Assembly (NCBI GenBank): GCA_964016885.1
Contig: OZ024752.1
Coordinates: 46,810,001-46,874,000, forward strand
Length of the DNA: 64,000 nt
Reading direction: 5' to 3'
Origin: Eledone cirrhosa
Taxonomy: Eukaryota
Program-made: the position numbers and the translations under genes
The notes under the pieces: model-generated
Databases searched by the model: none
Seen by the model: the letters and a program-made list of their open reading frames with translations, nothing else
Told to the model about the DNA's origin: nothing
Shown: one piece after another, positions 26,201 through 37,817 of the stretch
Position numbering within the stretch: the stretch's first letter is position 1
Layout: the number at the start of each line of letters is the position of its first letter

Positions 26201-29200
26201 AACTGTTTTCTGCATCTGAAAGGAAGAGAGTTTGTGCGATCGTTGGATGGCAGTCAAGAGGTTCTCACACAGGGCCAGATCTTTCTACGTGTGTTCACTC
26301 TATCACCGTGTGCAACATTAACATGGTCTTAGTCATGCCCATCAAAGACTAAGTCAGTAGATAATCAGGGCTGCTGTCTTTCCAAAGAGGTTGGAGGCCA
26401 CATATCACTCATATACATTTGTTTTGGTAGGGTTTCTATCATGAACCACTGCAGAGAGTGTACTGGGTGTATTTTATTGTGGCACCAACACAAAAGAGGT
26501 TGTCATGTCCCTGAGACAACCACAGAGTCATCTTTGGCTCCTTGATCAATTTGTTAATAGTAAGATCTTAAGACATACAGATATAATAGTTACAGTGATT
26601 TTATCTAGGACTATCCTGAGTTTAATGATTTTTTGTTCACTCTATTTACAGTGATTGCTATTTACCCGGTCAGTTTTAAACTCCTCTGTTATGGCCCAGA
26701 TGACAAGAATAAACAAGAGCCATGGTGTAATCCTACCTGCACACTAAAATCATCAACTCTCACCTTACTGACTGCACTTCTGTACATGGCCTATACCACC
26801 CTTACAAGTCATTCCTCTACTCTTAGTTTCCTAAGAGCCTGCCAGATTATGGAGCAAGGAACCCCGTTGAAAGCCTTTTCCAGATCAACAAACACTAAGT
26901 AGAGTGGTTAGCAATAACAATAATAAATAAAATATGCAGAAACATTTGTAGAACAATCCTACCTTGATATGGTCTTCCTTTGAATACAGGTATTTATCAA
27001 TCTTAGACAGTCCACTTTCTACATTCCAGAGAAGAATCAGACCAAGGGAAGCAGTGGCACTCAACATACCTGTTAATAAAACATAAAAACCATCAAATGT
27101 ATGTTGAAATGAAAATTACAGCTGGTGGCATGAATAAAGGCACCCGGTCCATCCAGTAAAATGGAGGAAATGGAAGTGGCATTCAGCCATTAAAAACCAT
27201 GCCAAAATATAGGGTGGAAAGGGCCCCTGAGTCCAGTAAGACAACCTCTCTAGTGCTGGTGGCACGAAAAAAGGCACCCAGTTCATGCTGTAAAGTGATG
27301 CTGGTGATAGGAAGGGCATCCAACCAGTATATTTATGCAAAAAAAAAAAAAAAAATGAATTATGAGCACACTCATATATTTAGCTGGCTTCATTCAAGGT
27401 TGCATCCGATAGTAGGTTTGTCAGGTGTTTTGATGATAGAAGCCCTAGTCTTATCATAAAGAGCAACATAAAATAAAGTGCCATGTCCAAGAACACAATG
27501 TCCTGTTTGGTCCAGGAATGGAACCCAAGATCTTATGATTGTGAGTCCAGACAGCTTAACCACTAGGCTACACACTATCACATCTGTGAATTGCGGCTAG
27601 TTCAGTAAAGTGAATTACGCAATCAAGAGGCTTCTTTCCTACGATAGTCAATCCGAGAAGAGGGAGGAGAAGAAAAATGTAAAATAATTGTTTCTACTTT
27701 TGGCACAAGGCCAGCAATTACTCCAGTACATTACTGGTGCTTTATTTTATGAACCCCATAAGGATGAAAGGAAAGCTAACCTCGGCAGGATTTGAACTCA
27801 GACCGTAAAGGGCCGTAACTCTATGCTGCAAAGCACGGCGTCCGACGCTCTACTGATTCTGCCAATCCACTGCTTATAATATACTTACCTATCTCTTTGT
27901 TCTTGTTCAACCAATTCATATTATTCAGAATAAGTTTGTCGTTGCCAAAAGCAGCATTGACAAATCCATTAACAAACGATGAAGCCAAATTTTGCCGTGC
28001 TGAATCAACAGGACCAGTTCCTGTAAAATGAATATTAAATTAAAGTCACAACATTTTAAGGTAATTTTCCATATCAAAACACTGGTTGGCTGTGTGGACC
28101 CATGCCAAGCATCTAAATTTTGCCCTATTCCATCACTTCTTTCACCCAGACACTTTTGTTTTTCATCAACACATGACCCAACCATCTCATTCCATGTCTA
28201 TTCACGACATCCACCACTGGCTCTATTCTTCTCACTTAGTCACTACGATCCTTCCTCAACACATGACCCAACCATCTCATTCCATTTCTATTCACAACAT
28301 CCATCACTGGTTCTATAATACTCAACATGAAACCTTTCCAAAACTTATTTCAGAGTGAAAACATTCAGCATCTTTCTTTGATAAAAATGGAAAAAAAAAA
28401 GATAGATGGAAGAAATAATTGTTTCTACTTTTGGCACAAACTCAGCAATTACCCCAGTACATTACTGGTACTTTATTTTATCAACCCCGTAAGGATGAAA
28501 GGCGATAAAATAAAGATCGAAGAAATAATATGAACTCACGATTATCTGAATTTTTAAAGATCTCTTCAGGCGATTTTGGTTCTCTAATATCTAACTGGAA
28601 AAGAGAAGAAAAAAAAACGAACAAAATTTAAGAATAGGATTAGGTGTTACCAAGATTAAGAGGCACTCGTGATCTCTAAATAGCTACAATGGAGAGAGAG
28701 AGTATAAATCTGATCTGAAATGACTTACCTCAGTACCAAAGTTCAAGAAACATTGATTCAAATGTGTATTATACATAATGTCCTTTATTTCTTCTAAATT
28801 TGGAGTATTATCATCTAACTCCATGTAAATTTGTTGTCGGCCAAGCATGTAGGCTAACTGTTTCTGCATTAACCTAAAAAAATTAAACATTTAGGTTTAT
28901 TCTTTACAAAAAAAAAAAATCATTAAAAAACTTGTTATATGTAGGATCTTAAAAAAAAAACCCCAACAAAAATTGACATCACGATTATGACTATGTGCCT
29001 GCTTCAGCAGAGCAGTAAATGAGATTGTAAACATCAAATGTGTTTTGTAGAAAATAAAGCACTTGAACTCATCTTTATTTTTCTTTGATGGTTCACGTGT
29101 GTAGATTTGTGTCCACCCATGATGTTATATCCCATAGGAGGTGTCTTGGGTATTATAAGTCCTAGAGTGCATGACAGCTCACACCTGTGCAGGTTTAGCT

Positions 29201-32200
29201 GGCCTCCTCCAAGGTATATCTCGTCGGAGGTGTCTTGGGTGATTTAATGATAGGGACCCCAGTCCTATCATCTCATTTCTACAGCTGAGTAAACTGGAGC
29301 AACGTGAAATAAAGTGTCTCGTTTAAGGAAACAACACATCACCCAGTCCGAGAATTGAAATCACAACCTTTCGATTGCAAGCCCAATGCTCTAACCACTA
29401 AGCCATGTGCCTTCACAAGCCCGATCATGCCATTATTTTTGGTGACGAGGTGGAATTTCAACTCAGAACACGCAGAGCTGGAAGAGATACTGCAAAACAT
29501 TTTTGCCTGATGATCTAACAACACTAATCCACCAGTCTGGTCTAGTACTTTACCCGACACTCTAAAAACCTCGCCAATTATACACAATAAAATACCTGAC
29601 CCATATTTGATTAACCCTTTAGCATTTAAACTGCCCAGAATTCTCTCACTTCTTTCTCTTCAAACTGGCTGCTCATACTGATGTTAAGGTATTGTTCTCA
29701 AAATAAATAACATCAAAATCTCGTAGATTTGATATATGAGGTAAAGCCTTTACCACAAAAATATAATAGTATATATAGAGTAATGTAAATGCTAAAGAGT
29801 TAATTAAAGCATTTTCCTTTCATTAAAAGACGAAACTGACTGAAACATTTGTTTTTGAATGGCTAAAATGAATCTGCCATGATGTAATTTGCTAAATATA
29901 GAAGAAAATACTCACACATCACCACAACTGTAGAAGATCTCTTTCATTAATTCAAAGTCATTCAATTGCATGGCAAACCTCAGAGCATGTGGATACTGAT
30001 TGAATTTCCTGTATAAGTCGACAGCTTTGCGAATGAGATTGGTATTCTCTGGATCAGGAACATATGGTACACAACTACAAGAGAAAAAAATATACTCTTT
30101 CATTTAGTAAAACTGATTATTTATAGCATGTATTGGCAGTGCCACCTTACAGAGTGGACTGGGTGCTTTTTGTCATGGCACCAGCATTACCACTTTAATG
30201 AATACGCCCTAATTCTTATTTTCAAATATATCAATTATTAGAAGTGAAATATGGTAAAAGGGAAAACCTATTTTTTTTAAATAGCTTATTTTCAGTCACC
30301 TTCTGGAAATAATTAGCCTTAGTATATGAAAATGAAGACTCTGGTTTGGTTGTTAGACTGACAATCATAATTTTGTTGGTTAAATTCCTGGACTGGACAA
30401 CATGTTCTATCACCTTCTGAAATTAGCTATTTTCTAAATAGGCTAACTCTTTCATTACCATATTTCACTGCCAATAAATTTACATGGAAAGTAGATGTAA
30501 AATGATGATAATGATGATATACCTGGCAAAGCCATTGTATCAATGGTTAAATAAAAACTACAAACCTAGTTAAATAGAGGCAGACTCTTGGGTACACCTT
30601 CTCATCAACATATTTCTCCAGTAAGTCCAGCTTTTCTATCTCCATGAGAAGATCGCAAGCTTCTGTTTCAGCATTATGTTCCATGTGGTAAGGTACGATA
30701 TTGCCTGCCAAGTTAACCAGCTTATTTCTCATTTCAGTGTTTTTCTCTGAAGTCTCTTGCCATTCTTGGACAACTTCTCCTGCAAGATGTCTAGTGTAAC
30801 AGACAAACATATATACTTATTGAGACAACTGGCAAATATTTTATCATTTCCAAACAAATAATATAAAATAATAACAATACAATACAAAAAGTGTTTTAAG
30901 GTTATTTCCCCTGCTTTAGGAGAGGTTAGACTTGTAGGGCCTATAGCATGCTTCATGCAGATCAGGTCCTTTTTCAGGAAACGTTTTCTGGCCAGATGCC
31001 CTTCCTGGCATGAACTAAGTCACCTCTTATGATATGGCGGGGTACAGGGCTCTTCAGTTGAGTCAATGACCAACTAACTCTCTAAGGCCTGAAAAAATGC
31101 ACTCTATAAGGTGGTTGGTGATAGGAAGGGCTTCCAAATGTAGAAAACCTGCCAAACAAAAGGTTGAAAGGACTCTCTAATGGTGTCAAAGATTTGACAA
31201 CCTTCCTAATGTTGGTGCCATGATAAAATGTACCCAGTAGAACATGGGGCCCACAACCTGTCTGTGTGGTCATAAGCTCCTTTTAAGTACTGATCAGATC
31301 AGTGATGACCCAGTCAAACTTTGCTAGTAGAGAAAATGTACATTAACCCTTTAGCATTTAAACCGGCTGTATCACTTCTTTTTGTTCAAACCAGCTGTAA
31401 CTGGCCACTCATACTTAGGTTAAGGTATTGTTCTCAAAATAAATAACATCAAAATCTCATAGATTCAATATTATGAGATAAAGCTTTTACCATGAAAATA
31501 CAATAATATATATAGAGTAATATAAATGCTAAAGAGCTAATGAGGATGATGATATATATACAGAGAAGATAAAAATAATAAATAAATATATAAAAACATA
31601 AGGTATTAGATAAGAATGAAACTTCTATCCAATTTTCGAGAGATGGCAGACAAAACTTAGAAATAAACAAAACTAGTTTTATTTCTTATATATGAATAAA
31701 CTCACCTGACATATTCATGGCCCCAAAAACCAATCTTTTCATGAGAACCAAGCAGATGAAACTTTAAACAGTCTCTGTTTTCAATCAGGGTCATTGCCAT
31801 TACAGAGATGATGTCTGCACAAACGCACTACCAAGTTGAGAAAAAAAAAAAAAAAAAAAAAGGGGCATATTATAAACATGTATTTCAGTAACAACACAAA
31901 ACTAATGGAGGTAGATAATGTGTCCTATAATTTAACTTAATTTGTTTGTTAGCTACTTTACAGAGTGTACTGAATGCATTCCATATTGACACCAAAACTA
32001 GAGAGGTTGTCACATCCTGTAGGCTAAAAATGAACTCTTCACTTCATGCAGGCTTTCATTTTATAAATTTTATTATAATTATCGCCAATCGATCAAAAAG
32101 ACCCCAGACCTCATTTACATAACAAGTGGGGTGGAGCTCATCAAATTGGACTGAGGAATCGATGTTTCCATTGGTCTTTTGAATTGCTGATACTATCTGA

Positions 32201-35200
32201 CGGTCGCAAATCCAGGCAGAAGGAGCAACTTGAAATAAAGTGTCTTGTTCAAGGACATAATGCATTGCTTGGTCTGGGAATCAAACTCACAACCTCACGA
32301 TTGTGAATCCACTTCTCTAACCATTCAGCCATATGCCTTCACTAATTATCTACACAATGTTTTTAGTGACAAAATTTGCAATTAGCTGATTAACTCTTTT
32401 GTTAGCATATTTCTAATAATCGGAAATTTTGAGGAATTTATTAAGTAATATAACCAACCTTCTCATTATTAAGGTGGTGCTTGGAACATAATTTATCAAA
32501 GTTTGCCTGGTTTGGATGATCTGCCTGACGAGCTTTACGTAAACATGCCAGACTTGTTTGGTGACATCTTAGCAAACGTTTATGCCAATCAGCAGCATAA
32601 AGGAAATTTATTTTACGAAATTTCTCAGAATTCTTGATCATTTTAAAAATGAATTGAAAATCATAGGCAGTGTATTTCATTGGAAATGCAGAAAGTCATA
32701 AACATGGACTCCAATATATAACAGAAAGTTTTTGTTTGTTTGTTTGTTCAATATTATAAGGATGTAAACAGAAACCTAAACCAGTAAAAAAAGCCTTTGA
32801 CTGTGAAACATGGTCAATGAGAGTGGATTGCGGATTTATGCAAGCTGAAAATTTTTGAACACTTTCGCCATTGCTAAATCCTCCATGTTCAAGCGATGGA
32901 TTTTGTGCCACTGGGTTAGTTCTTGATGACAACCACTAAAAAAGGTGCCTCTGTTGGTTAGGCCATGTACTCTGCCACCTATAAGTTGCCATTATTTGCA
33001 ATGCAGTTGTGCCTGAGCTTCTAGAACAAGTGTCAATGGCAAAATGGACAGTTGAAAATGTGGATTGGCATGACCAAGTCAGACGATATCTAGACCTCAC
33101 ATATGTCTGACATTGGAATCATGACTGGCTAACGATATGTGAGTTGGGTGCCTCTGATTGCCATGTGTGGGTGGCTTCTGTTGGTGAAGCTGTCAACCCA
33201 TCCAAGTTGAATGTCATCACAAGAATCAGTAAGTTAAAACTTGGCTGGCTAGTTTCAAAGGGGATGCTATATAAATCAAGAACTTACCTTTGTCGTATCA
33301 TCATCGATCTTCTCATAAACCTTTTTAAATGTGTCATAATGAGGATGCAAGAATTTCAGTGGTTTAGGAACTGATGTCATAGAATCGGTCGAGGCACGGA
33401 TTTTATTACGAAGTTCTTCTAGTGTTATTTTGTACAGACTTTGATTAGGTTCCTAAGTGAAACAGAAAAAATTCTTAACACACATGAAAGTACATAAAGA
33501 AATCTAAGATAAATTTAATGTAGATATAAGTATGGCTTCTGAATTAGAAGCCTTGCTGAGAAAGGAATGTAGTGTAAACACTTTCCACTATTCCTTTTGT
33601 ACAAAAGGACTGTCCATGTGATTCTGTCTACAGAGGAATCTGTCTATTTGTATGATGCGTGTTTATTTAGCAATGGATTTCAGTAATGTTTTTTGTATGG
33701 AAACCTCAAAAAGAGAGAGAGAGAGAGAAAATTGGGATATTTTGCATGATATAGTATGAAAGTGTGGAGGAGGAGGTCATATTACATATATGAACAGCCT
33801 GAAGCAGGATACTGGCCTGGAATCTATCCAACAACTGATGATGGCAATGATGGATAAATAAGTGTTGAAAGTCACTCACAGAATCAACCACAGTTACTGT
33901 AGTGTAGTTGCAAAAGTTGACCAAATGTTTCATTGCAATAGACTACTACAATGCCAGAAGCCTGCTTAACCTTCAGCACGCTAGAAATTTTTATGAATTG
34001 CTTCCATTGGTACTACATTACTTATCAAGGGGAGATTACTCTATCAGTGACAATGTGCATGGAGCGTCCAGAAGTTTAAATAGAACTGATTGGACTGCTA
34101 ACTTATAATAGTACCTAAAGTTTCCTAATTTAGGCACAAGTAGGGGAAAGTTGATTATATCGACCTAGAAAGGATGAAAAGCAAAGTCAACCTTGCTGGG
34201 ATTTGAACTCAGAATATAAATGGGCCAGAAGAAATACTGCCACAAGGAAAATAAAAATAAAAAAAGACTGATGCTCTAACAATTCTGTCAATCAACAACA
34301 GGACCTAATAGGAACACTACTACCTAAGTGTGGTGGCAGTCCAATGATTGAAACTGGTTAAAAAATAATTTTGTTAAAATACTTACAGTAAGCTGCTCCA
34401 CCATACGGTTCAAGTCGGCTTGGAGACGCTTGTCTTTCTCTGACTAAAAATAAAATACAAATAACATTAAATTAATATCGTAATTTAAACTGAACCATAA
34501 ATATGTGTGCGTGTGTGTGTGTGTATATATATATGGAGGCACATGGCTTAGTGGTTAGAGCATTGGCCTTGCAATCGAAAGGTTGTGAGTTCAATTCTCA
34601 GACCGGGTGATGTGTTGTTTCCTTGAGCAAGACACTTTATTTCACATTGCTCCAGTTTACTCAGCTGTAGAAATGAGATGATAGGGTTGGGGTCCATATC
34701 ATTCCACTGCAAAGTGGTTGTGGAGGTGCCATGGCAAAAAAAGCACCCAGCACTCACTGTAAATGAGGTTGGTGTTAGGAAGGGCATCCTGCCAGAATCA
34801 GTTCCCGTCCCACCCTTGCAAGCAGGGAAAAGTGGACGTAAAATGATGATGATGATATATATATATATATATATATGCAAAAACTAAACAGAAACAACAA
34901 AGCATATGACAGAGTACAATGAAGAAATATATTAGCTTAACACTTGATATAGTAGGAAAGAGTCTTGTTTTGGACACTAGTCCTTTATCAGAAGATAGAA
35001 TGAGAAATAAAAGATGAAACAGAAAGTGAGAAGAGGAAGGAACAGAAACATTTTTTTGAGAAAAACCATAGGTGTATTTCAGTCAGCCATTTTGAATATA
35101 TATACAAGTGACTTGCAGGTTTATTATGATTACGGAGTAGGTATGACTTCTCTTATAGGCAGTGAGACCATGGTGTTGTGTGCAGAAGACCTGCGAAGAT

Positions 35201-37786
35201 TGGAAAGAAATGAAACCTGCATACTCCAATGGATGTTTAATAGTAATATACATGAACGGCAACATGTAAATGGTCTGAGAGAGAGAAAGGAGGTTGTGGT
35301 GGTATGGCCATGTGATGCGTACAAAGGATGATAGCTGTTTAAAAAGGTGCAGGGTGCTCAAAGTTGATGGAAGCTATGGAGTAGGAAGACTTAGGAGGAC
35401 TTGGGATAAGTCGATAACAGCTGACCTTGCACAATTGGACCTCTCAAAGGCAATGGCACAGGGTCAAGTTCTTTGGTGTTGAGCAGTGATACAGAAGGCC
35501 CATCTTCCCATGCGCACGAGTTCAAGCATACATCTAGTATACCCCACTTTACCTCTATCCTTCTTCACTTCCATACACCTCCCATGTCCAAACACCCCAC
35601 AGTCAACAATAGTGGTTGTTTTGGTGCCATAACAAAAAGCATCCAGTCCACACTGTAAAGTGGTCATGTTGGTATTACGACAAAAAGCACCCAGTCCACA
35701 CTGTAAAGTGGTCATGTTGGTATTACGACAAAAAGCACCCAGTTCACACTGTAAAGTGGTCATGTTGGTATTACGACAAAAAGCACCCAGTCCACACTGT
35801 AAAGTGGTCATGTTGGTATTACGACAAAAAGCACCCAGTCCACACTGTAAAGTGGTCATGTTGGTATTACGACAAAAAGCACCCAGTCATAGAAACCAAG
35901 CCAGAAACAGTTCTGTATGAGCAAGACATGGTCACCTGACCTGTCTCAAATGGACAACTCATTTAACCCATGCTAGCATGGAAAATGGATATTAAATGAT
36001 GATGATTGACTGTCTAGTGAGTGAATTTGATAGAAAGAGGCCTATTGTGCAAGTTCCTTTATATATATCCAGTACATGCTGTAAAGTGGTTGAGAGGACC
36101 CTTCAGTTTGTGTTAAAAGACATGACAACTTCTTCTCTGTACTCAATAGAATGTATGACCGTACGTAAACAGGCTGCAAACTGTTCGGCCAGTAGCCCCG
36201 CTTCAGTATTGACTCGATCTATGTGGACCCGCCCAACTCTTGCTAGCAGGGAAAGCGGGCGTTAAACGATGATGATGTTTGAGTAAGATGAACCCCTCTC
36301 AACCGGTCTAAGAGGACCGTAGCTGCAGTTTCATTCAATTAACTTTCAAAATTTGATTCAGTGGAATGATACGTAGTATCCCCCCCCCCCACAAACACAC
36401 AGCCCCGGCGGACCATAATGGAGAAGGCGTTTCCCCGAAGGACCACGGCAAGGGAGACGAGGTGTGTACTGACTTTGTCACGATTCATTCAATCCTTGCT
36501 AGCATAGATTGGAATGGACTGGAAGGGACGTTTTGAGGCAGATGCTCTTTCTGACACTAACCCAACCCTTTTAGTCACTTATGACATACTCCTATTCTAA
36601 ACTAGACGCACACAGATAAAGCAGGAAAATATGTATGTAAAATGATGGAACTGATATAGAGGAGGTTTAAAGGACTCTTCAGTTGTGTCAAGAGCATGAC
36701 AACCCCCCCTCCACCCCACCTAGTACTGGTGCCATGATAAAACACACATAGTAAGTTCTCTAAAATGGCGGAGGACCTATTCATTGATAACACACGCTGA
36801 ACAAGAGAAATCGTAGGTAACACTCCGAGAAGGGATCCACCCTTTCCGTTCTCCGGGAAAAAAAAGTTGATGGCCAGAATCTTGGAGATTAGATTAGTTG
36901 ATAACACACGAAAACATGTGTCCCACTATGTTCTATGACACCAAGAATAATAAATAAAACCTCTAATTTACATAAAAATATGTTGAAAAAAAAAAATTAA
37001 TTTCGTTTTTGTTTTTAAAATTTTCAATTTCAAACCAAAATAGAATTCTAAAACAAATCAAACCTCTATTTGGAGGTTAGGCCTTATTTTTTCTCCCATA
37101 AGTTCGTGATTAGAAAAAAAAAAAAATGTTGCTTTATATTCTTTGTAAAAGATTTATATTTTCAACTAATTTAGTTAATAAAATAGTTTTTCCTCTTCTT
37201 AAACATTCGATTATTTTCGTTAAAAAAAACAACAACATCTTTCCTTTTTTATTTTTAAATTATACTTTAAGACATTTGATTCAGAATAAAGTGAATATTT
37301 AAAGCAATCCATTAGAAATACATCTAATTATATATTTGAACACAACAATATATGGACATCACAATAGATCCACAGGATTAATTTCGCAGGCTTCTCTCAT
37401 ATTTTATACACACATTCATTATCTATCTATCTCTCTCTCTCTATATATATATATATACACACACACACTCATTATCTCTCTCTATATATATATATATACA
37501 CACACACACAGACAAGTCGATGAGGGAACCTGAGCCTAAAGTGTATATACGCAATGTGAATCAGACAATCTATCTCCATTGTTTATTATATATACATATA
37601 TTATATATATTATTCAAAATATTAATAAATAAATATTTATTAATATTTTGAATAGTAATAATAACTCCAGAAAATTTCTTTGTAGAGTGCTTTTAATCTA
37701 TTGTAAAACTATATTCAATGAGTAATCAATGAACCATATTAATCTTTGGTTATATAAATATATGTGTATATATAAATATACGTGTG

Positions 37787-37817
<31 letters not shown>

